Origin: Malacoraja senta
Lineage: Eukaryota
Reading direction: 5' to 3'
Length of the DNA: 64,000 nt
Assembly: GCA_038087875.1 (NCBI GenBank)
Contig: CM075990.1
Span: 4,652,001 to 4,716,000 of the forward strand
The notes below the pieces were generated by a model. The model was given only the letters and a program-made list of their open reading frames with translations. It had not been told where the DNA came from and searched no databases. Positions 11,719-23,700 of this stretch are shown in pieces; position 1 is the first letter of the stretch; every line of letters begins with the position of its first letter. A program made the position numbers and the translations under genes.

Positions 11719-14700
11719 GTAAGAGATCATTTAATTCCCAGACATTTACTTACCCTGTCAGAAATATAACATTGGTGGGGACTGAAAAGTCCCCATAGGT
11801 TGGTTCCTGGTTTAATAGTTTAGTTTAGTTCAGTTTATTGTCACGTGTACTGAGGCACAGTGAAAAGCTTTTGTTGCATGCTAACCAGCCAGTGGAAAGC
11901 CAATTCAGGATTACAATCGAGCCATTCACAGTGTACAGTTACATGATAAGGGAATAACATTTAGTGCAAGGTAAAGCCCGATCAAAGATAGTCCAAGGGA
12001 CCCGATGAGGTAGATAGTAGTTCAGGACTGCTCTCTAGTTGTGGTGGGATGATTCCATTGCCTGATAACAGCTGGGAAGAAACTGTCCCTGAATCTGGTG
12101 ATGTGCTTTTTCAGATTTGCACGTAAGGTCATCGAAATGGAAAACACATCAACATTTGGATTCATACCCGGTGCAAAGTGAGGTCGCTGTGTTTGTTGCA
12201 AACCAGTCATCCCAGTTGCAAGACATGGAATCATTGAGTCGTACAGCATGGAAATGGGCCCTTCGGTCCACCATGTCTATGCTCACCTTGTTGCCATCTG
12301 CACTAAACTTGTTTGGCTGCAATTAGTCCACAGCCTTTTGTGCCTTGCCTGTTTAAATAACTTTCCCTCAAACATTGTGATTGTATCTGACTCCACCATC
12401 TCCTCTGGCAATGAATTCCAAATATCAACCGCCCTCTGGGTTTAAAAAAAAACCTTCCTCTCAAATCCATATAAACTTTACCCTCTTGTTTTTGATACCC
12501 CTACCATGGGAAAAAGATTCAGACTATTTATATATTACTTAGAATATTATATACCTCCATCAGGTCATCCCTCAAGTTCCTTTGTCCAGAGAAAACAAAC
12601 CAATAAATGTTCTTCCCTGCACCACTGATACACCACGCAGGGCTCGAAATTAGAGGTTGCTTTGTTTTGAAAGCCCGTTAGCGGATTTACAAGCAGAGGC
12701 CCTTATCAGGGCGGGAGGGGGGCGGGAGGAAGAGGAGATGGAGCCGCTATCGCTGCCGCTGTGCGAAGCCCGTCATTCGCTCCGACTCTTCTGAAGCAGC
12801 TGCACCAAAGATCTTATAGCTATAGGATCTCTGAGCTGCACCGCCCGGCCCCGCAGCTTGCTGTTGGCTGGCGGAGGAGGTAGGCGGTGGCGAGGAGTTC
12901 CCAGCGGCCAAGGCCGCGGGAGCGCTGACCTTCCTTCCTCCCCACCTCGCCCCTCTCTCTCTCTCTTGTACGCCCCCTCCACCCCTCTTATCCTGAGACC
13001 CCTCCACTCCATCCCGCACTGATCCCCATTCCCGCCTCTATTCAGTCCTCACTGACATCCCCTGTGCTCCCCTCCCCATCTAATCCCCCCCCCCCGATCT
13101 ATTCATCCTGCGCTGATCACCCTATCCAACCTCGCATTGATTCTCCTGCCACCCCACCATCCATCCTACACTGGTTCCCCAATTCACCCTGTACTTACCC
13201 CTTTCCCATCCATCCTGTACTTCTCCTCCATCCATCCTGTACTAATCCACGCAATCATCCCGTACTGACCCACCCTCCATTTACCCTGCACCTTCCCCTC
13301 ATTCATCCTGTAGTGATCCCCCATTCATCCTGCACAGGCCCTCCGATCCACACTGTACTGACCCCCCCATTCATCCTGCGCTGATCTCCCCCCCCCATCC
13401 ATCCTGTACTGATCCTCCCATTCAAGAAGAATGGGGGGAACAGTCTGAAGAAGGGTCTCGACCCGAAACGTTGCCTATTTCCTTCGCTCCATAGTTGCTG
13501 CCTCACCCGCTGAGTTTCTCCAGCACTTTTGTCTACCCCCATGCATCCCGTACTGAACCCCCCCATTCAACACCACTGACATCCCCGGTGCTCTCCCCTC
13601 ACAATTTTACCTACTCCAACCAACACGTACTAATTCACCTGCCTCAATCCATCCATTCTGCACCGACTGCCTTCTAACCTCTCCCCCACCACCCCCACCA
13701 TCTATCCACCCCGCACTGATTCACACACACACCCCTCCCTGACCCTATTGTGCTGGAAATGTCTTCAGAGCGAACATTGACTATGTTTGATAACGGAATG
13801 CAATCAAATGTGTTTTAATTCCCAACGTTATTATTTGTTTTAATCCATAAAGATGGATTAATTAAATTGTGAACACGTGAAACATTAAAACCGCAGTGTT
13901 CGATTGTCACTGCTGCCGTTGACACGTTATTACAGAATTCATTTTAACGGCAAATCAATGCTCTTAATATGGAGTATCAGTACTGTAGTTATTTAATGAG
14001 CAACATTCATAACTATACGTACGCATATATGTTACCATGGTCCAGGATTTATTGACACAGGTTGATCATAAGCTGAATAATCCAACCTCATTTTTGTTTG
14101 GAAGTGGAAAGAACTAATAGAAATTGCATTCATTGCAATGTGTAAAAAGAGTTGAGATACTGTCTTATAATTTTGCTGCATGTCATTGTGGGATATATCA
14201 TGTCTTGATTGGTGAATATGTTTAGTTTGTGACTTTATTTGAAGCAGAAATAATATGTGAATGCTTCATTGAGTATAATTCTGACTGGTAACTACGCACT
14301 TCGTCCGAGCACATTATCGCACGCGTCATGCAAGCCATCTTAAATGACCGCCTAAACTGTCATTTGGCAACCTAAAAAGCTGCCTAGGTTGCCCGGCTGG
14401 CAACAGGGAAAAAAAGTTAAGCGAGAGCCCTGCCACGTCATAAGCACTTTGCTCAGCTGTTCTGATGCTGCCTCCTAAACCTTGCAAACCGTTACCACCA
14501 AGGGCAGCAAGATCATGGGAACGCAGCTACCAGGGAATTCATTTAGAATCACCAACCATCTTGAGTTGAAAATGTATCACTGTTCCTTCATTGGCTTTTT
14601 TAGTTTAGTTTAGAGATACAGTGTGGATACAGGCCCTTTGGGCCACCGGATCCGCACCGACCAGCATATTATCACTAGGGACAATTTTACACTTATACCA

Positions 14701-17700
14701 AGCCAATTAACCTACAAACCTGTACGTCTTTGGAGTGTGGGAGGAAACCGACGATCTCGGAGAAAACCCACATGGTCGCAGGGAGAAGGTACAAACTCCC
14801 TACAGACAGCGCCCTTAGTCAGGATCAAACCCGGGTCTCTGGCGCCATAAGGCAGCAACTCTATCGCTGTGCCACCGGGCCACCCACGTGTGGGCTTTAA
14901 GTCCTGGAACTGTCCCTTCCTGACAGCATTGTGAGCGAGTTTTCACCAGAAGCAGCCCAGCAATTCAAGAAGATGATTCACCATCTCCTTCTGGATGACA
15001 GCTTGGGGTGGGTTGGAACTACTCAGTGGGTGAGGCAGCAACTGTGGTGACAAAGTGACTCCCAATGCATTCACATATTGGAGTGGAACTAAATGGAGAG
15101 CTCTTTAATGAAAAGCTTCCTCCTATATCATTCAAGGTCACTATCTGGCCTTGCTAGTGACATCCAGATGTAGAAAACAAATATTAAGAACAATTTGAGA
15201 AAACTTTCCTAAAGGAAATAGGTGGGATACATGGTGTTATTTTGCGAGCACAAAAGCAAAAGGAAACTATGCAAAATCCTTTATTATATAGCTGCAGCAT
15301 TGTGTACTGGGGACCACACCTTAGGAAAGCTTTGAAAAGGGCGCTGACACTGTTTATGGAATGGTAGTCGGAGTGAAAGGGTTCAGTGGTGTGGGGTGAC
15401 TGCTTGCTCTCGCCCTGGATCAGGAACGGCTTTAGTGAAGTTTTTGTTGTGATGGAGTAAATAAATGAGATCAGCCTCTACGATGTATGCAGAATCTGAA
15501 GCGATGATCTGAAATAGTGTCAGGAACTATGGCAGTGATATGAAGAAAGTGCGGACTGATATACCAATTAGGACACTTGGTCCTTCAAATCCGCTCCAAC
15601 ATTTAATAAGATCATGGCTGATCTAAGTGTGACCTCGACTCCACCTTCCTCTCAGCCCACATTAGCCTTTCTTCTCACTAAGAAAAACACATAAAGTGCT
15701 GAAGTAACTCAGCGGGTCGGGCAGCATCTCTGGAGGACATGGATAGGTGATGTTTCAGCTTGGGACCCTTCTTCAGTTTGATCCATGTCCTTCAGTGTCG
15801 CTGTCTGACCCTCAGAGTTACTCCAGCGCTTTTTGGGGTTTTTTGTAAACCATCATCTGCAGTTCCTTGTTTCTCCAGGTTGTTACTTTTGCCTTGAATA
15901 TCGTATTTCTCTCTGCTTCAACTGCCCTCGGTCTCCTTTATGCTGATTTTGTTAACAATGACCCCTGGTCCCAAATTCTCCACATCCACCCTGTTCAACA
16001 ATGTGCAGGGACGTATGTGCTTCAATCACGTCATCCTTCACTCTTCTAAACACCCGTGGATACAAACCGAGCCTGTTCAACTATTTTTCAGAACCTGCCC
16101 ATCGGGGTAAACTAGTAAAGCTTCTCTGAACTGCTCCCAATGTATTAACATACTGGAGAGGAAGTAAATGAAGAGTACTTTATTGAAAAGCTTCCTCCTG
16201 TATCATTCACTGTTCCATTATAAGGATTGTCATGCAGCTCAATGGCCAAACGTAAAATACATGGCTGGTAAAAATCGGATGAAGCTACGAAAGATTGCAG
16301 ATGCTGAAATATACAGCATCAAACAAACTGCTGGAAGAACTCATTGGTGAGGCAGAAACTTTAGACGTCACCTTACTTTGGCCCCCATATCTGAGGAAGG
16401 ATGTGCTGGTGTTGGAGAGGTTTACGAGAATAATTCCAGGAATGATTGGGTTTACATATGATGAGCGTTTGATGGCACTGGGCCTGTAATCCTTTTGTTT
16501 TATAAGGATGAGGGGGAGCCTCATTGAAATTTACCGAATAGTGAAAGGCCTGGATAGAGAGGATGTGGAGAGGATGTTTCCACTTGTGGGAGAGTCTAGA
16601 ATAAAAGGACGTGCCTTTAGACAGGAGATGAGGAGGAAACTCTTTAATGAGAGGGTGACGAATCTGTGGAATTCATTGCCAGTGAAGGTTGTGGAGGCCA
16701 AGTCAATGGATATTTTTTAAGGCAGAGATTGAAAGATTCTTGATTAGTACGGGTGTCAGGGGTTATGGGGTTGAAGGGAGAAGAATGGGGTTGAGAGCGA
16801 AAGGTAGATCAGCCGTAATTTATCAGGCGGAGTAGTCTTGATGGGCCGAAGATGTGCTCAGAGATACAGCGCATAAAAAGGCCCCTTCGCCCACCGAGTC
16901 CATGCCAACCAGCGATGTTAACCACCCCTTACATTAACACTATCCTACACACTAGGGACAATTTACAATGTTTTACCAAAGCCAATTAACCTACAAACTT
17001 GTTTAAGAAGGAACTGCAGATGCTGGAAAATTGAAGGTAGACAAAAATGCTGGAGAAACTCAGCGGGTGAGGCAGCATCTATGGAAGGGTCTCGACCCGA
17101 AACGTCACCTATTCCTTCGCTCCATAGATGCTGCCTCACCGAAGGGCCGAATGGCCTCCTCCTGCACCTATTTTCTATGTTTCTTAGCTGGGAGTCAAGG
17201 TTGCCATACTGTCTCCCTTCAGCCACCAGAGCGCGCTGCTGAGCTGCACAGATAATGAAGAAATAGCTGGTAGCAAATGGACAGAACATAATTGCTCATA
17301 TTGAACATATTGCATTTGGATAGGGCATGGTACATGGATAGGAAAGGTTCAGAGGGATATGGGCCAAAAGCGGGCAGGTGGGACTTATCTAGATGGGCAA
17401 CTTGGACCGACAAGTTGGGCTGAAGGGCCTGTTGGGCCGAAGGGCCTGACAAGTTAGGTCCATGCCTATGTGCCATTTCTGTGCTCTAAGACTATGTCTC
17501 TAATTCCTATTCAGTGGGGACATCTATATCCACTTGATAAACAACTACAAAAATGTCTTGATTATAGAGATCCATTAGCATCTTAATAGTGCCATCTTAC
17601 CAGCCGTGTATAATTCTCCACTGAGTATAAATTACACCTTCAAGGATAAATCCAAAAATACTGGTTGATTCTTTGAATCAGTAGGGAAGTTGATTCAGTT

Positions 17701-20700
17701 TGTTGTCATGGATGGGTGGAGACTGTGTTCTTGTACTTGCAGATGTGACCTTGTATTGGGACCACTGGCGAGGGGAGCAGATGATGCAGTCCACCAAGAG
17801 GAGCAAACTGGCCAAGCTGGGCCCCTGTTTACAGATTCAAGCTGCACAATGTGGGTATCAGCATCCTGTCACTACACCCACATGCTTCCATCTGTAGAGA
17901 AATACGTATTAACATTCAGTACCTTACCAACCTCATCTGCACCGATTGTTATCCACGAGCTTGCTACCGAGGCAGAACAGTTTGAAGATAGACACAAATA
18001 GCTGGAGTAACTCAGCGTGTCAGGCAGCATCTCTGGAGAAAAGGAATAGGTGACATTTCAGGTCGAGACCCTTCTTCAGACTTCAGTTTGATTTTTACCA
18101 CCTTTTGATCCCAAAGTGAATCTTAAGCAATTGTGAGTGTAAGTTAGGCATGCCCATTGCTAATTCCATGCATAACTGACGGAGCTTGACGTTGACTGTG
18201 AAACCTCACAAAGTTACTCCAGTTGCATTAATGTCAATCCCATAAACTTTTAACACACTCTATTGAAGTGTGAGCAGTAGATTCTTAGTCATGGGATTGG
18301 TGGTTAAGGGAAGAGCCTGATAATACGATCATTAAAAGCCGATGTCTGAACAAGGGTTTCGACCCGAAACGTTGCCTATTTCCTTCGCTCCATAGATGCT
18401 GCCTCACCCGCTGAGTTTCTCCAGCATTTTTGTCTACCTCCGATGTTTAGTATGATTGTCACAAAGTACCAGTCAAGTCCAGGGTTCAGAATGAGTTTGG
18501 AATTATTGTTTGAGATTAATTAATTAGATCAAACTACATTAGTAGTCACAGCGTGTAGGAAGAAATTACAGATGCTGGTGTACACCACAGATAGACACAA
18601 AATGATGGTGTAACTCAGCAAGACGGGCAACATCTCTGGAGAAAAGGAATTGGTGACGTTTCGGGTCGCGACCCTTCTTCGGACTGAGAATCAGGGGAGG
18701 GGGGAAACTAGAGGTATGAAAAGGTACAGAACAAAGCAGAGCTTATTTTATATTATATTTATTAATATATATGCTTATATTAGTAGTCAACTACATTGAA
18801 TCTTTACGTTGAATCTTGGCACATTCATGTGATTAGACTGTGCCATGATCCAGAGTAACACCAATGATGTGATCCAGAAGTTATTTCAAAACTCTTGTTT
18901 ATTTTTTAGTGTTATTTAGACTGGTGAATAGGAGCCAAGCTTATCTGTCGATCACACCCTAATGCTTGTGATGTGATCCAGTTGCCTCCAGAGAGGCATT
19001 CAAACAGAATCAAAGTCGGTTTGGTCATGTAATTTTGTTTTGCTCTGATAGTTTTGCCTGTTTTGATATTTTATTGTATCAGACTAACTCTTACCGTGTG
19101 AATTCTTTCTAAAGGGTCCCAGACAGTGAATCCAATAGTACTGAAAGAGCTTGTTACACATATATCCTGTCAGCACCCCCATCTTCTGACTCTGGGGCCT
19201 ACAAACCAGCAGCGTTCAGACTCTGTGCAATANNNNNNNNNNNNNNNNNNNNNNNNNNNNNNNNNNNNNNNNNNNNNNNNNNNNNNNNNNNNNNNNNNNN
19301 NNNNNNNNNNNNNNNNNNNNNNNNNNNNNNNNNNNNNNNNNNNNNNNNNNNNNNNNNNNNNNNNNNNNNNNNNNNNNNNNNNNNNNNNNNNNNNNNNNNN
19401 NNNNNNNNNNNNNNNNNNNNNNNNNNNNNNNNCAACAGTCAGAACCTGCATTAACGTAGCTGCTTGAAGCAGCAAACCATCACAAGGCTCTTCATTTGAA
19501 ACCAAACCACATAAGAACATGCTGGTACATGACCAAAAGCATGATTAGACTTTTATGTGTTAGAGATGGCCCTAAGAAAGAGATGGAGAGGTCCAGGGAG
19601 GGTATCAAAGGACAGCCAACTCAGCGGATGGGAATGCCAGAACAGGGGGCTGAGGGAGCTCCAGACAAGGCTGGACGCAAGCAACTGCAGATGCTGGTTT
19701 ACAAAACAAGACAAAGTGCTGGAGTAACTCAGTGGGTCAGGCAGTATCTCTGGAGAACCTGAATAGGTGATGGTTCGGGTCAAGACTGAAGCTTGAACTT
19801 AGGATTAGATGAAAAGTTATACTTTATAACCTACGAACCTATCTCCAATGATGTATTATTAATAAATTATTCCACTCTTTTTTTAAATCTTGACATTTGT
19901 GTTTTCTTTTTTTTTTCTCTTCTCTCTTTCTTTCTCACTTCTTAACTACAAAAAAAACTAGAAGCAGAATCAATCCACAATTGATAATATTAATAATGTA
20001 TGATTGATATACATGAAATGTTTTTATCATAATATGTCTTTGCTTCTAATAAAAATATTATTAAAAAAAAAAAAAAGATCCTCCTTCAGATCCATTGTAG
20101 AGGTAGGAAAAAAAGCTGGAAGAGAGGAAGGGCAGGGCAAAGCCTGGCAGGTAAATAGGTGGATACAGGTGAGGGTGGGTTAGATAGACTGATGGCCAGA
20201 GATGAAAAGACAGAAGTTGGGAGACAGAAGGACTGAAGAGTTTAGTTTAGTTTAGTTTAGAGATATAGAGTGGAAACAGGCCCTTCGGCCCACAGAGTCC
20301 ACGCCGACCAACAATCACCCATACACTATTATACACACTAGGGACAATTTACAGAAGCCAACTAACCAACAAACCTGCATATTTTTGGAGTGCGGTAGGA
20401 AGCCAGAGCACACCAGAGCACACCCACGCGGCCACAGGGTGAACGTACAAACTCCGTACAGACGGTACCGGACTTACGATTGAGTCCTGGTCTCTGGCGC
20501 TGTTGGGCAGCAACTCTACCGCTGAGCCTCTGTGCCGCCCATCGTTGCGTATTGTGAAGCTGGAGGATGGAATGGGAGGGGGAGGGGAGGAATAGGTGTG
20601 AATCCAGTTGGGGCACAGGGGAAATATAAGGGGGTGGGGGGGGGGAGATTAGGGGGACGGAGGAAGAGGGGGAGGGTTTGTCGTAAATTGTAATTGGAGA

Positions 20701-23700
20701 AGCAATGGAAGGTGACAGCAGTTTGGGATGCCAGAATGGGAAGACTGGTGTTCTGAGGCTGGAGTCTCAATGATGCTTAGGGCGAAGGGCATGGAGGCAT
20801 GTGAGCAGGTTGCTGGAGCATGAATCGCTTTTGGTCAGTGAAGTGCAGTGCAGCAGACTTGGAATGAGTTGATATTGACAGAGACTGCACAGTGGGAAGC
20901 AGCTAGAAAACATTGCAATGGTTATCAGGAGTAACCAATGGTAGACAAATATGCTGGAGGCTCGACCCAAAACGTCGCCTATTCCTTCGCTCCATAGATG
21001 CTGCCTCACCCGCCGAGCTTCTCCAGCATTTTTGTCTTCCTTCAATTTTTCCAGCATCTGTAGTTCTTTCTTAAACAGGAGCAACCAACGATGGTTCTTT
21101 CAGCAGCTTTGGGCAGGACCAAGGGCAATGATGGTCTGCATTATGGATTAAGTGCACCATTAACATCTAACTAACGTGCAGGTTAGTGCAGCTGTCAGCG
21201 CACTGTATAACCTGTCGACACTTCATGTTCAGAGAACACGTACACCTATGGTGGGAAGAAGCAACAGAAGATCGTGCTGACAGTGGAACAGGTCAAAGAC
21301 AAGCCGGGCACACTGACTCTCTGGGGAAGTTGCGTATCTTGGCACTCTCGGATTCAAAGGAAATTGGGTGAGTGAGACACAATCTTTGCAGTAAGTCGAA
21401 TGTTAAATGTGTGTGTCAGCTGTCAGCTTGCCTGATGTATCTTGACCGATGTAACAATGGGCAGCCGGTTTCCTTTTAAAGTTCTCTCCCCAGTTTTCCT
21501 TCCTGAAGACACTGCCATGTACTGAACCAGTGAGAGCCGAACAGGTCATGTCAGGGCGGGTTACTGGTGAATTCCCAGCCCTGCTGGCTCGCATCCTCAC
21601 TCAGCAGAAATGCAGGAATCACAGGCCATTAATCAGCTCTGCTCCATCGAGAGGATATTTCAACTAGTGGGAGAGTCTAGGACCAGAGGGCATAGCCTCA
21701 GAATTAAAGGAAGTACCTTTAGGAAGGAGATGAGGAGGAATTTCTTTAGTCAGAGGGTGGTGAATCTGTGGAATTCATTACCACAGACGGCTGTGGAGGC
21801 CAAGTCATTGGGTATTTTTAAGATTGACAGATTCTTGATTAGTGCGGGTGTCAGGGGTTATGGGCAGGAACAGTGTTGTGTAGTATTCAAGAGTCTGATG
21901 GTGGTTGGGAAGAAGCTATTTTTCAACCTAGTGGTCACGGTTTTCATACTCCCGATGTCAGGAGTTAAATGAGAGCGTGGCTGGGGTGGTGTGGGTCTTT
22001 GATGATACTGGCTGCCTTTTTGATCATTGTTGATAATTCTGCTTTTCCCTAGTCATTGCTGTTGATAACTGCGACCCTTTACCGTTGCATCCACGTATCT
22101 CTTAGACCATATCTGGGACTTCAGAATGCTGCTGGTCGGTCAAAATGCCATCTGCGGGGACTTAGAGCTGCACACCACACCTTGGTCATCCTGCGAGTGC
22201 CTGTTTGATGATGATGAAAGAGCCATTGAGTTCAGATCTAAATACCAACCCAGCGAGACGGCCTGCGTTAAAGTGATGGGCCTTTCAACACTATTACGCA
22301 CCAGGTATTCAGGTGTGTGCATTCCCATCTGACGGTAATAGCAGCATTGTAAACAAGGCTCTCTGAAGCCCATGTGTTTTGCTTAAAAGTGAATTTGCGC
22401 CGCCAAGTATTTTTCCCATTGATTGGTCAGATGGTGAGAATTTATTACAACCAAGCCATCAATACATGATTACAATCGAGCCATTCACAGTGTACAGATA
22501 CATGATAATGGGAATAACACGAATAACGTTTAGTGCTAGATAGAGCCAGTAAACTCCGATCAAAGATAGTCAGAGCATCTTCATTGAGGGACTGCTCTCT
22601 AGCTGTGGTAGAATGGTTCAGCTGGGAGGAAACAGCTGTCTCTGAATCTGGCGGTGTGTGTTTCCACACTACTGTACCTCTTGCCTGATGGGAGAGGGGA
22701 GAAGAGGGAGTGACCGAGGTGAGACTAGTCCTTGATTTTGCTGGTGGCCTGGCCAAGGCAGCGTGAGGAGTAGATGGAGTCAATGGAAGGGGGGTTGGTT
22801 TGTGTGATGGTCTGGGCTGCGTCCGCAATTCTGGCGGTCTAGGATGGAGCTGTTCCCAAACTGTGCTGTGATGCATCCCGATAAAATTCTTGCCTGGACA
22901 TCTGAGACCAGACATTCTGCCGCTTGGCACAAGGTGTCTGTCAACTTTCCCACTGTCAGTGAGTTCCTTCTCAGAGGTCAAGAAGGAGAAAAAAAGTGCC
23001 AGCATTTATGCAATGACTTTCTTCACAATTTCTCAAAGCGATTTACAGCTAATGCAGTCAGGTTGTTGTGCATGAAACATCAGCCAATCATCAAGCAGCA
23101 TGGCTCCACAGATGTTAGACAATAGGTGCAGGAGTAGGCCATTCGGCCCTTCGAGCCAGCACCACCATTCAATGTAATCATGGCTGAGAGAGAACAATTG
23201 ACTGTGACACTGGGAGATCCTCCTGCTCTCATTTGTATGTCACCAATTATTTTTTTTTAATTCAGTTTGGTGATTCAATTAAAGCATGACATTTCTGACA
23301 AAGCTGCGTCCTTCTGTACTACATAGAGTCATAGACCACCAGAAGTGGCAGCACATTGGTATAAAGACTTCTGGACCGTGCGGTAAACCCTCACAATAAC
23401 GGACCGCTATATAACGAGTTTGGCTCCCTTTGCACCTGCCCCCCAGTTACTACCATCGGTTACCCGACGAGCTGGCGTCACATGGAGAGAGCGAGCTACA
23501 TGAAGGTGGCGTGAGAACCGGGCCCGTCCCTGGCGCAACACGTGTGGGACTGGGGGCTCTGTGGCTCCCCACCCTGTGAATTCACACTGGTTTAATTCCC
23601 CCCCCAACACCACGTTCCTTCACTACGGACCTTGAGTTAAACATTTTCCCCCTCACTCGGTTATAGCAGACAATTGGCAATAACAGACACCATACCTCAC

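Larger units (their letters stand above)
12638..14432. mobile_element. Non-autonomous DNA transposon (CAGGGCTC...GAGCCCTG termini, 5-bp flanking repeat CCACG) with nested insertions and a minisatellite
   Basis: 8-bp terminal inverted match; CCACG at 12633-12637 and 14433-14437; subterminal ggttgc/ggcaac motifs. Confidence 0.65.

Noticed and set aside
13010..13750. Regularly spaced repeats resembling a CRISPR array or Pro/His-rich ORFs
   Set aside because: Degenerate tandem minisatellite without unique spacers, in a eukaryotic context.
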